This document shows positions 49,783 to 62,162 of a DNA stretch of 64,000 nucleotides, piece after piece. Each line of letters opens with the position of its first letter. The first letter of the stretch is position 1. The stretch is from Klebsormidium nitens (lineage: Eukaryota; Plantae; Klebsormidiophyceae): contig DF237002.1 in assembly GCA_000708835.1 (NCBI GenBank), positions 209,669 to 273,668 of the forward strand, written 5' to 3'. Position numbers and translations under genes: made by a program. The notes beneath the pieces were generated by a model that had not been told where the DNA came from, did not search any database, and saw only the letters and a list, made by a program, of their open reading frames with translations.

Positions 49783-52700
49783 ATGGCTACCGGTCACGAG
49801 CGTGTGATAATGCGCACTGGCAGTGGGATGGTGGCGGGGGGCAGCTTCTACCGGCGGCCGTCGCTGGAGAGGGGCCTCCTTCCCGATGAAGACCTCTCGC
49901 GTATGGAAGCACGTGAGGGCCCCACCCAATTGCCTCCCCATGTGCCCCTCTGTGATTCTGCTCGGAGTCACCTGCCTTGATCTTGGGGTTTGCGCCTTCC
50001 GACGTCACGATTTGGGGGCTCTGGTCCGTTTCCCCTTCGCCTGCATGCGCGAGTATGGAAGTTTTCCTGGTGGGCTTGCACATAAGTTTCCACTGAGAAA
50101 CAGGGCACCGGGGGGTTTAGAAGGCTGGATAATGATGTGGTGTAGGGATCCCTTGTGATAAACTGACTGACGGCAGCCCCACTGTGGTGTGCAGTGTACA
50201 TTGCGGATGCAGATACCGAACCGGCACGCAAAGCGGCCATCCCGTGGCGGCCCGTCCTTGTCAACGTCCTCACTGCCTGCCTCGCTTCTTTCTTGTTTGG
50301 GTTCCATGTGGGGTAAGGAATCCCTGTAGCAGCAGTCCTCGCTCGTTGTCTGATCAACTCTGCACCTTGCTCTGTGCATCGCCTCAGCATTCCGACACAC
50401 TGCGCGCTATCGCTTCTTCTGTTGCCCGTCTAGCAGCCTGTAAGCACAACAACTACATTTAGACTACCTTGGGTTGTAAATCAAGCTTGGGAGCCCTGCT
50501 CAGCTGCAACTAATACAAAATCAGATTCCTCAAAAGCTCCTGTGCATTCCAATGAGAGACTTGTAAAAAGCTGGTCCTCAAATAGGCTGCTGTTGTGTTT
50601 ACTCTCATAATTCTGGCTCGGTGTACCCTTGCTTTTCCTAGTACACTGACAACAACGAACTTTTTAATCTTGCCTTGCAGAGTTGTCAACGGCCCCCTAG
50701 AGTACATTGCGCGCGATCTTGGTTTTGCTGGTAGCAACGTCCTCAAAGGTCAGTCTCATCAAGCCTCCAGGCTGTCCTCTCCCCCTGTCCTGCCCACACC
50801 GTTTTCTTTCGAATTCAACAGACTTTCTGCATCTGATGCTAGCCCCGCCCCAGCGCAAGACTGTTGCACCCCAACCCGATGTGCCCCTTTGTCAAATATC
50901 CGTTTCCAATAACGTGTCACGTGCCTTCCAATAACCAGTGGCAGAAAGCCCAGGTTCTAAATATCCTTGCTTGTTTTTGCAACATTTGGTATATGCAGCG
51001 CAACCGTGATCGCTCTCTCACTCCGTCTGGTTGCTGCAGGGGCCGTTGTGAGCGCCACTCTCGCAGGCGCGTTCCTGGGCAGTATAGGCGGGGGCTCTAT
51101 GGCGGATGCGTTTGGCCGCCGGCGCACCTTCCAGCTCAACGCGGTGCCGCTTCTCGTGGGCGCCGCAACTAGGTGCGGCCCCCCTATTCCCCCCAAATTC
51201 TTTGAAGCCAGGGTGGCTCATCTGCCGCTCTTGTTGAAAAAGTCGATGCCTTCATTGAGTAGCACGACATATTTCCTAGCACATTCACTCAACTGCAGGC
51301 ATGCGCACAGCAATCTCGATACTCGGTCTGCTCATAGATTCAGAAAACAGAAAAGCATTAGGTGCGCCCCTTACCGTCAACAAAACCCCTTACGAGCCCT
51401 TACCTCCCTGCTCTCGCTTCTCGCCCTTACCTCTATTACCTACGATACTGAGAGAAGATGGCGTCACACTATCCATTGACACGCTCTACAAATGCTCCTC
51501 ATATCGGGTACGGCCTTGCAGCCTAAAAACTTCAATTGTCCACCGTGCTTTTGTTGATTTCAGATGCTGAGCTTAGCTTGTATGCTCGCTGGCAGCTGAC
51601 ATGTCTCGCAGCTAATCGGCCTGGCTTTCATGATTGCAGTGCTGCCGCTCAGTCCGTCGGGCCCATGATTGCGGGACGCTTTATGGTGGGGCTAGGCCTC
51701 GGGATTGCTACTGCTGTACTGCCCCTCTATATCTCCGAGGTAATACACGCACCTCCCTCGACAATCAGCAAGATTTCGAAGTTGCGTGCACCTGCGATCT
51801 GCAGCCGCTGGATCCAAACATGGGAAATCCATCTCGCAAACCTCCCCAATGAACCTGAAACTGGCAACCGTTCCATTCTTGTCTTTAAAAAGAAAAATTA
51901 GCCTTTGACGCTCTCTGACGGCTTGCGATGTCTTGGTGTCAAGAATGTTTGTTGAGCGCTAACGTTCTCAGTTGCTGCTCAACATGCCGGTGGACCATGG
52001 TTGAGTGCGGGCTTCCGCGCCACCTGTGCTGACCCCACCGGCGACCGCAAGTTCTTTGGCCCCCTTAAGCAGCCGACCGACGCCGCCTTTTTGAGCTCAA
52101 TGTTGCTCGCCATCTTTCTCTTACTTCCTGTACTGGAACCAGCTACCGGCTACCACAGATCTCCCCTGCCGCCTACCACAGTATGATGGTCTCCCTCGAC
52201 CAGCTGACGGGCTGCGCTTATTCTCGCGTCCTATCGACTCACTGATTATTAGTGCGGCTGTGAATTTTACGCGTGCTCTTGCGTTATTACTTCTGCTGAA
52301 TATAAGTGCGGATCACGTATGCAGATCTCTCCCTCCGCTTACCGCGGCACCATGGGCTCCCTCAACCAGCTCACCGGCTGCGCCGGCATCCTCGTTGCAC
52401 TCCTCCTCTCCCTGCCGCTCCGCTCGAACCCCTCCTGGTGGCGCACCATGTTCTGGTCCGCCTGCGTTCCGGCCGCCGCGCTCGCAGCCGGAATGGCACG
52501 TGCAGCGGAGTCTCCGCGGTGGCTGTACCAACGCGGAAGAATAGCGGAAGCGGAGCGCACTTTGGGCGTTCTTTGGGGTCCGGCGGCGGTGAGCGACGCG
52601 ATGGCGGGGCTGAAAGCGACCGCTCAGGAGGCGGCGGGAGGGAAGGAGGCCACGTGGCGAGACCTGGCGTCGCCACGATATGCGAAAGGTGCGTTGGCCG

Positions 52701-55700
52701 CGTGGTTCTGTGTGGAAGGCGGCTTGTTGGAATATTGGGTGACGCGGAAGTGCCTTTTGGAAATTGATAGGAAGCAAATAGGCCTTGGCTGAGCAGATGA
52801 TGAGCATGGAAGAGAGGCGCGTGGTTTGCAGAGCTCGTATCCGGTGCCAGATGCCTTTCTCGACACTGCGATTCAACCGGACCAGATGATGAACAGTCTG
52901 AACCGATTGCCGCATCAACAAGTGAAATCAATCGGCCCTTGGGGCACAAAGCTCAGTGATCGCCTCAGCACTTGAACCAAGCAGAAAGGACAACAAACGA
53001 GGATCCCGCGCTACGGCAGAGGGCTTTGGACTGAATGCGACTCGCCTTGCGCTGCCTCGCTGATGCCACGTGTCTGTTTTCTGTGCAGTGGTGGCCATTG
53101 GCTGTGCCATGTTCGCCCTCCAACAGTTGTCCGGTATCAACGCCATCTTCTGTGAGTCGCACTCCCTATTTGGATTGCAGCTTCTCTTGCCCGGTCTTCG
53201 GAACTCTCTGCCTATGCCAAGTAAAAGATTCCATTCTAGTTGGCCCAGGGTCCTGAGACTTTGAAAGCGTCTTCTGCATACCATCATGAAGTCCTTTGCG
53301 GTTTCGAACTTCTATTTCCGCTTCTCATTGTCGGCTTTGTGACTATGCGTCCCGACGAGGCAGCTCTTTGTCTCTCCCTGCTCCATTTTTGTTCTTGCTT
53401 GCTCCTACTTTAACGAAGGGGCCCTTGTAAACGCTTGTCAGAATTCAAAATCAAAGTTCCTTTCCTGACCGGCCGCGAAGGAAGTTTGCTCAGCGAGTGT
53501 TGCTTTTTCACTGGAACTTACCTTTGCTAACCGCCCCCCTGGCCTCGTGTTTCTCTGCAGACTTTTCGTCAACCGTGTTCCGCAACGCCGGCGTGCAGTC
53601 GCAGTTTCTGGCTAACGTCGGCCTCGGGGTGGTCAACCTGGCAGGTGAGCACCGCCTTTCCAGTCTGCTTTCAGTACCCGCTATTCATTGCCGGGCACGC
53701 CCGCAGTATGTTAAGCGACCTTTTAATGTTCAAGCACATCAGGACACGTGTCCCGTCGATAGGGCAGGTCCATCCCTCGATGGTTGCGGTCGTCATCTGT
53801 CCCGCTAAGCAATGAAAGGTCCGAACATTCGGGGGCTAAACATTCCCGTGAACCACGTTTTCTTAACCTTACCCAAACCCTGAAAGCCAAACCCCTTTTC
53901 CTCCGAGCCCAGGCGCCGAGCTGGCGCTATTTTTGATGAACAGGTGGGGCCACCGGCTACCACCGTCCGAAACCACGACTTTGCACTGTTTCAACTACGA
54001 ACACTTCCTTGTAATCCCACATCGTTAACCGACAAATCCCCACGCTCCAGGCGCCGTGCTCGCTTATTCTAGATGGACCGCTGCAAAGCGCTGCACATGT
54101 CTTAGTCGAATCAAAAGATTGGTTTCTTCAGCCTTGACCCTTCACCAATAACCCTCAATCCCAGACTCTGACTCTGCATCCCGATTCCTCCAGGCGCCGT
54201 GCTCGCGTTGTTTCTGATGGACCGCTGGGGCCGCCGCAAGGCGCTCCGCCTGAGCTACACGGGCATGGCCGCGTGCCTGCTTCTTAGCGCGGCCGCGATG
54301 ACGCTCCCCGTGCTGCGCCCCTGGGCGGGGCCCCTGAGCGTGGCCGCCACGCTGGGCTACGTGCTCGCGTTCTGCCTCGGCGCGGGCCCCGTACCCGCGC
54401 TGCTCCTCCCCGAGATGTTCCCGCAGCGCATCCGCTCGCGCGCGCTCGCCGCATGCATGGCCTGCCACTGGGTGAGCACTGACAATCCAACAAACGAAAC
54501 CAAGAAACGGAGCTACGAACTATTATCTCAACGGTTTGGATCAGAAACCTCCAGCGGGGACCCTACTTCTTTGGTTTCTGCATTCTTTTCATCGTTTCGT
54601 ACATCTCTTGTTGTTGCTTGTTGTAGTTGCACTTGACCCGGTCGTCGGACGCACCCTCTTGATAACAATAGCGACCTCATTTCACAAGTCCGGACCCAGA
54701 CGATACTTCTTTGGACACAAGACGGGCAGAAAGCGCAGCGCTGCATGTCAGGTCTCACGCGACTGCAAGAAGGCGTCCGCTTCTATTGCTGTTCGTTCCG
54801 TCTATTTGAATGGTCTAACAGTCCGAAGGGTTGGCGAAAGCTGCTTCTGACCGCCCTATGCCAAAGATATTTGCAGATTCTATCTTGTGTCGAGTTTACA
54901 GGCCTCTTTACCAGAAGGGCCGCGGTCATTTGGGACTTGCTGATTGCTTTCGATTGCGAACTTTAACGAAGTCGACGTATTGTCCTCATCTGCGCCAATT
55001 GGTAGGAATTTGCCTGACGCAGTGTGTTTGATGTTGCGTTGCAGGTGTTCAACTTCGGCATCGGCCTCTACTTCCTTGAAGTTGTCCGCCTGGTAAGCCG
55101 CCCACGTGTCAATCTCATAGCGAGACTGCAAAGCCAAACCGCTTGTACTGACAACTGTCCCGATCTCATTTTTCAGTGCCTATGATTCTCGTCTCTCGGT
55201 TTTTGATTTGCAGCGGAACCAGGATCAAATGTCGATTGTGCCACCCTCCGCGTGTGCCGGTGGTTTTTCCAACACTCTTGTTTATAACGTACATGCTGGA
55301 TCCAAAGTACTAGTCCGGCCTAAATTAGCTGGAGCTTTCAAAAAGAGGGACAGCTACGTGCAATCTCGTGATCCGTCGACTCCGCTATTCCTATGCCAAG
55401 TGAGGCAATTGCACGTTAGCGCCTCTGAAGGGTGTCTGCTTGGTTCATAGCGTCGACCGTCCTCTGGCTCTGTTCCGCGCCTCTGGTTCCCCATCCTTCT
55501 GAGCTCTCTGCGCCTTGCAAAAGTCGCCATCAATTCCTCTTTTCGACGTCAGGATCTCGAGTCCGATCCCCGCCTGTAGTTCTCCGCTCTTATATTATGC
55601 TTCGAGAAGAAGATGCTCAAAGACGTCTTTGTCGTCTGCAGGTGGGTCTGCCCGCGGTTTACGCTGGCTTTGCCGGAGTCGCGCTTCTCACAGTCGCCTT

Positions 55701-55782
55701 CTCGCAGCGCTGCATCATCGAGACGCAGGGCAAGAGCCTCGAGGAGATCGAGCGCATGTTGGGCACCGGGGGCGCGCACTAG
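49783..55782 (+). CDS. MFS sugar porter, plastidic glucose transporter (pGlcT)-like, about 11 exons
   Basis: Exon 49783-49900 joins 50213 in phase 1. Motifs: VLTACLASFLFGFHVG|VVNGPLEYIARDLGF, ADAFGRRR, GRFMVGLGLG..PLYISE|ISPSAYRGTMGSLNQL, ESPRWL, QQLSGINAIF, MDRWGRRK, GAGPVPALLLPEMFPQRIR, ETQGKSLEEIE. Confidence 0.92.
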
Positions 55783-56743
55783 GTGCGCGGGAAAGTGGTC
55801 CGGGCAGCGTTGAGAGCGCTGGTCTGCTTATAAAGTGGTGCCCGGGGGCGGGGGTTGGGGCGGGGGGTTGCAGACTTTGGAAGGAAGGGGTGGGGGTGTT
55901 GCGTGCCGCTTGCATAGGACGGTAGTTTGCAACAGTAGTCAGCATTCTGCACGAAGCGAAGAACTTCGAGTTGAGACCACCGGTTGCTTTAAACGAGTTG
56001 GTCACGGTTTGTGCCCGTTCGATTTTATAGTAAGTGCACCGCATGGCACGCTGGCGTGTCGGTGGAGCAGTGTACGTGGACCTGAGTGCTCGCTGTGTAT
56101 GAGGCGAGCTTGCACTTAAAACTTGCGGCAGAAAAGTAGATCCACAATAGTAAGCGCAGAGGGCTGTCCTGCAAGGACCTTTAAAGCCCAATCCCGTTTT
56201 TAACGATTCTTTGATGAACCCGCACGCAAAATATTCACTGGCCACGGCACCTTTTCTAATCAACTGGCTCTGGAGTCATTCAAATGACGTGTGTTCATGA
56301 TGTCGTCAATTTGCTTAAACGTTCTGTCTTCACTCCATGCAATGCACATCGCGGCAGTAAGTGCTGTTGTCCTAGTATGAGTCGGTATGCCCGTACATGC
56401 AGGAGAGTAAATGCGTACCGCGTGGCAATAAAGAAGAGACCAGTCCATGGCCAAGGCAGGCTGCAAGCGTGGCTACATGAGCCCCGCGCTACCACTCCAT
56501 ATATTCAAGCTCCGTGAAGCTCGCGAGAATGTACATGAAAGAAATGATGGTCGAGAACTTAATCTATAGCACGCTGGCTAGCGCAGTCATGCGCAACCGT
56601 CGATCCGCGTCTGTACTCGATTGTAAAGAATAAGTCCTTAGCCATATATCTCTGAGAAAGTAAGCTCTGCAAAGTCAGATCTACCCGTTCTAAGCTGACG
56701 AGTATGTTGGTTGAAGACCGCCGCGGCCGGGCATCACAGTTGT

Positions 56744-58522
56744 TTATCCAGATTGGGGTGCCGGATCAGACGTCTTGACCTTGCACTGCTTCTTGTGGAC
56801 ACTCCAGTGAAGTTTCTGGTGTTCCTTGCTGGAATTAGAGGAGAAAGCAAAACAGCTCAGCTTGTTAAAGGTTGGTATGCCCTTGAAGAAGTTTTTGAAG
56901 GAACCTTCCAAGGTCGAAAACAAAACCCTTGTAGGCATCTGATAGTGCTCAAGACCAAGAGGCTGCATTGCATATGCCGAGGCGAACGCGCTTCTGACCT
57001 GTCCAAGTCGGCGGACTCTCTTATCGACAAAGGTGAGGCAGTAAAATAAACCAGATTGAAGGTGAAGTATCCTGGTAAGCTAGCTCAACGTGACACGCAT
57101 AGTACTTTATGTCACGACTGCGGCAAAAGTATCCGCGAGAATGTGATAAACGAGAAGATTACAAGCGACTGCCGAGGCGAACGAGATGATCCAAAAGATT
57201 CAATCGAAATAAAAACTACAACTGATGTAAATCGGTTGGAACGGCTGCGCGAAGTTCTCGAAGAAATCATCCTTCACGTGTTTCTACCCCAAATCTTTAC
57301 ACATTGAGGCAGTCTCGAGCAGAAGAATTTTCTCACCTGCAATAGTATGCGAGCGAGCAGTTGGCGCACTTGCTGAACTGTCTGCCTGCGTCCAGCTCCG
57401 AACCCTCATCGCACTTCTCCCAGGAGCACACGATCGGCGCCTCGCTCACTTTAGTTCCTACGAGGCCATTCGCGAAGCGGAGAGCGCCTTGATTCCAAGC
57501 TTGACTGGCGGGCGGCAAGCCACCAGGTTCTCCAACTAGAGCTGGATCTATCGGGGCAGCTATGTTTGCCCCGCCCATCTCCAGCCAAATCTGACGCAAC
57601 TCATTCGCGACTCGCGGATCCGAGTCGCGTCTCGTATGCGCCTGTCGAGATCCAAGAGGGTCTTTTCGGTCGACTCGAGAAGCTTGCGCATCTGCCTGCT
57701 GGTGGGAACGGGGTCGGCGCTGGCAGGTAAGCCTACGTCCTTCCAGATCTGAAGGTAAGCTTCCGAGGTCACACCGTCTAGCGCCATCAACCTAGTTACT
57801 GCTGCGTGGATTCGCACCAGACCGCTGTTGATGGCCCAGTCCTTGGTATCCCCAAAGCGGCACAGACTGTGCAGCAGCCGACAGAGGTTCTTCACTGCCT
57901 TCTGCTGGAGCTGCGCGCTCGCGCGCTTTGTGATGTTGCGAGCGACGAGGCTCTCGAGGTCCCGGAAGAAGCAGTCCGACTGCTGCAGCGCTAGGCGGAA
58001 ATGCTTTGAAGCGCTGATAAAGCTTGCGAAGGCTTTGATGTTTTCCAGCGCTAATTCCAAAAACTCATGCCTCCCCTTGCCTTTGTCCCTTTTCACCATC
58101 TCCTCAAATTCTTGGTTAGGCTTCCCTTCCCGCAACTGCCCTCGGATGATGTGCAGGAGGTAGGCTTGCGCTTCCAACAGCGCCTTCAAAAGAGATCGGG
58201 CTCTTTGCTTGTCTTTTGCGCAGTACTTTGCGACCGCCTCGCTCTCACTGAAGGTTGCAAGAATCTTACATGAGTAGAGCTTCTGAATTCTCATCTCACC
58301 ACAATTTCCGGGATCTGCGAGCATTTGCCTCAGAAGGTGGTCAAAGATCGCGCCACGCTCGTAGGCCAAAAGCTCCTGAAGAACACTGGAGAAGCAGAGT
58401 CCTTCGGAACACCTTCCACTGGGATCCCCGGACAGGCCTTTAAAAAAGTCTGCAGAGGCAGTCATCGCCTCAGGGCTGCTCGAGAGGAGCATAGAAGCGC
58501 ACTTGTCAACAACTTCCTCCAT
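56744..58522 (-). pseudogene. MYND zinc-finger protein with an apparent 1-nt frameshift near 57620; exons about 58522-57337 and 56828-56744
   Basis: The phase-2 junction gives CSWEKC..FSKCANCSLAYYCS|KEHQKLHWSVHKKQC (MYND). Upstream ORF 57560-58627 and downstream ORF 57333-57599 overlap in different frames with no usable intron between them. Confidence 0.7.
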
Positions 58523-58941
58523 CCTTGAGACCAATGACTTCGCTGCTACAGCTTGTTCACAGCTCCACAAGCGCACTCCGTTTCCGCATGAGCGGCTGGC
58601 AAACCTCGACCCTACGAACTCTGCCACTTAGCAAACCGCTCACTTATCCTTCGAATTCTTGACGAGATTGCTCTCCGTTCCGGCACCACCGAGATTGTGC
58701 ATGTGAAAGCACACCAGCGAGACAGCCCTCAGCACCTCACAACAGGCTGAGGTGCACGCCAGATTCTCTCCGCCAATGAACAGGCCCAAGAACACAACGA
58801 GGTTGCTGACCGACTCGCAAAAGGGAGTCTGCTCCTCACCAGCTTCGAAATTCCTGATGAACGACGTCACTTGCCCCATGTAACCATCCTGCAAGCCCCT
58901 TTGCAAACCCAACCTCGCATCTTTGAAATAATCCGGCAAAA

Positions 58942-60450
58942 TTGTTCACGCGGCTATGTGCTGCCAAGGATCTCCAGTATCACCGTCGTGGACAATGGCA
59001 CACTCACCTTTTCTCACCAGGCATCTGGCGTGAAGTTTCTGTCCACACCCTGCTTTCTAAGACTTCATCTGCACCACACAAAAAGTTTCTGATTCAAATC
59101 TTAGGTCGCACGCTTCCTACCTTCCACCGCCTACACAAGACTCGCAAGTCGCTCTATCCTGAATCCACTTGCGGACTTTGCCCAGCTGCTGACGAGAGTA
59201 TCGAACATCTTTTCTTCGATTGCCCTCACTTCACCTTTACCAGACAGGCCCTCGTGTCCAAGCTTCTCGATGCTTGCATCCACAACAGCGTGCAGGCCAG
59301 CCGTACCGAAATTCGAGCAATGCTTCGTGCTGAGATGCTGCCTCAGCAATGGAACTCCTTGGATCAGCGGCACTTCTCTGCTGGTCAAATCTCCTCCAAC
59401 GTTTACGGCTGGCTTAGCAGCAGATGTCCAACAGCTGCTCGCACTGTCAAAGTTGGAAAACTTTTGCACAAAATCCTTGTCGAAACGTTCCACCTCTTCT
59501 GGAAAGAACGGTGCGACGCAATCAAAGCCAACTTGGGTTTACTCTTCAAAGACCGGCTTAATCTACTTCCTAATCTCGTTCCTCTTCACGAAGCAACCGA
59601 GGACGACTTTGCTGCTTTCGCAGTTATCTGGCTCACCGTCGTCATCCTCTTCCAACTTGGCAGGCCCGTCGCAAACGGACGATGCCTGCTCGACCACAGC
59701 CAAGTGCACCTCTGCTCACCACCACCTTCCTGCACGGCCAGCGCGATGCCCCCACAGGGCAATCCGGTCCGTTCCACAATCTTGTCATTCCAACTAGAAA
59801 ACGGACAAGCTGGCCGCTGCACCATCGCCTGGCACCGTCTAACGGACAGCAAGCCCTTCGTGTAGAAAAACGGCCCTTTCCATCAACGCCCCACTCACAC
59901 GAGCGGGAAATGACTTGTCCGCCTGCCAAACGCCCTCGCACTCGCTCCCAAACAGCCATGCCAAATTATAGCAACCCTTCTCTGCTTTCCAGTCTTTCCA
60001 GCACCACTGTTCCCCAGGGCCCTGAAAGTCTTAACGTTGTCCAGACAACTGTGCCACTCCCTCCCGCTCAGGCTACGCTAGTTTCTGATCCACCATATGC
60101 CCTTAGCCCCTCTTTTCAGAAGTTCGATGGTGTCCATGCCACACAAACTAAACGGCGGCGCCAGCCAGATGATGCTGCTGGCCCAGCAGAGTCATCTGAT
60201 GCAGGCTCTCCAGGGGCCGCTGCAAACAGTTCGGATGTTCATGGGATCCCCCAAGCAAAACGCCCGAGACAGTAACCGGGGCCCCGAAAGGGGGTTTTTC
60301 GCCGGCAACTTGTACCCGGGAGTTCACGCTTCACCCTCGGGTGTCTGCGAGTCTGCAATTTCCAGCTGATGAATTGCATTTTTTTCACATTTGATCTCTA
60401 CTCACTACCCTTTAGACTGTTCTTAACAAATAACAAAAAAACCGAGCTAG
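58942..60450 (+). mobile_element. 5'-truncated non-LTR retrotransposon (L1/Tx1-like) ORF2 C-terminus and 3' region
   Basis: ORF 58942-59865 carries ILGRTLPTFHRL..YPESTCGLCPAADESIEHLFFDCP (zf-RVT/CCHC) and FHLFWKERC. No RT core lies upstream. An A-rich tract follows at about 60425-60465. Confidence 0.8.
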
Positions 60451-61264
60451 AATAAATAAATAAATGCTAAACCGCGGTGCGGTGTGAATGCTCGGTTTTG
60501 CTTGCTGATGATCTTTCGTTTTGGGGAGGATACATCTGTAGAGCGTATTTACGCAAAGATATTCGAATAATCTATGAACGCGGAGTAATTTTTTGACACG
60601 CAATCGAAGAGTCCCAAATGTGCGCTAAAGTTCAATCGGACGGCTCTTATATGGCTATTTCAACACGTGGAGCCTGCGAGCGGGTTAGCAGCGTATCATT
60701 ACTACCGGGCACTTCGTTCACGCGGAATGGCTAAGAAAATCTAACCGGTGATTGAGACATAGCGAGTCGGCCAGTATAGCTTACGGAATCGGTTATTGCA
60801 GGTCCTATAAATTCTGCTACCGGCTGTGACTTATGGGGTGCTCAAGTCGACAGGAATGTGCCCGGTACAAACATAAGCAGGCAGCCACAGCCCCATTCCC
60901 CGCGTGCAAAGACATAATCCTACCGGTTGACAACATACCATCGGACGGTTGCATTTCTATGCCCAAGGTTACATACGCGGCCGGGTGCCCGGTCCCTGTG
61001 GCCGCAAGCGAGCCCGCAGGCATGATCGCAGGGTTTTGCCGCACGTATAAGGGGTCACGTGCGGAGATTTGGCGGACAAAAAAACCAGTTCCAAGCCATC
61101 GAACGTCGAAGAATGGAGTCGAGCAGTTTCAGTCCTCGAATGACTCGAAAACTGCGTTCGATGGATAAAATCTGCTTAACTGAGTGCTCACTGAGTGATT
61201 TGCACTTGAGGCCCAGCTATCGCTAATCCAAACTTCAGGGGGAAACATGAGAGCTCGTTTTTTA

Positions 61265-61593
61265 CCGTAAATAAAAAAACCGAGCTAAAAGAAAAAGCTT
61301 AGTGTAAAAGCACCAATTCTCGGACACCTATTTAAAGCGCGGTCAGGGAAAACATGGGTCAAAATCCAACCACTTTTTGTGCAAGTAACATTGCCGGAAT
61401 CTGCATGCTTGGGGCTGCCTGCCAGTCCGAAAATCTGGTTACAATTGACCAAGTTTTGACCCTGTTATTGACCCGCAAACTGGCGGCCAAAACTGCACGA
61501 AAACGGCCGAATTTCCGAATCTCGGACACCCGTTTTCGATCTCGGACACTGGATTCCGAACTCGGACAGGCCCGTTTCCGAAGTCGGACACGG
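61265..61593. mobile_element. Putative non-autonomous DNA element (MITE-like) with TA flanks and CCGT..ACGG ends
   Basis: TA|CCGT at 61263-61268 and ACGG|TA at 61590-61595. TCGGACA motif occurs once near 61320 and four times at about 20-bp spacing in 61510-61592. Confidence 0.5.
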
Positions 61594-62162
61594 TAGTACT
61601 AAACTGTTGCCAGCTGTGCTTGGCAATTGCACGCGAGCAGCTGTGCAAAGTCAGAAGGCTTCAAAGCAGCTGCATTCAGGGTTACGGGACGATGTGCAAG
61701 CTTGTGGTATAGCCTGAATTGTTGAGATAAGCCTGCCAGTGCTTTGCAGCCTTAAAGTTCCTCTGACGATAATCCAGCCTCCACTGTCTGCATTTGATCA
61801 TATCTGATAAAGCATCTGCATTGAACGGGCATTGAACACAGTTCCCCGGCCTGGCAGCAGAGCACAATCATCCCAGAATCATACCCATGGGCCATGGTGC
61901 AATGAAACATTCACAAGTGCAGACTCATCTGCTTATCCAAAGAGCAACAGATCAAGGCATATTGCCATGAGATCGCGATGCATAAAGGGGCCATGCCAAA
62001 GACTGGCTGCACTTGTGGAAAGTATCAAACCTCAAGCGCCCAATACTTAAATGTTTATGACAACTCAAGAGCTAATTCTGAGCCAACTCCAGAGGTCACA
62101 ACTCTATGACCTATTGTGAGACACTAAGGAGTTCAAGCTGCTGATGTTCAATTGTGCTGATG

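Noticed and set aside
53860-53900. Telomere-like AAACCC runs (also near 5583 and 46603)
   Set aside because: Isolated imperfect units within pyrimidine tracts, not a tandem telomeric array.
60276-60380. Hammerhead ribozyme (CTGATGA at about 60366 and GAAA at 60286)
   Set aside because: Core elements are not in an order or spacing that allows stems I-III.
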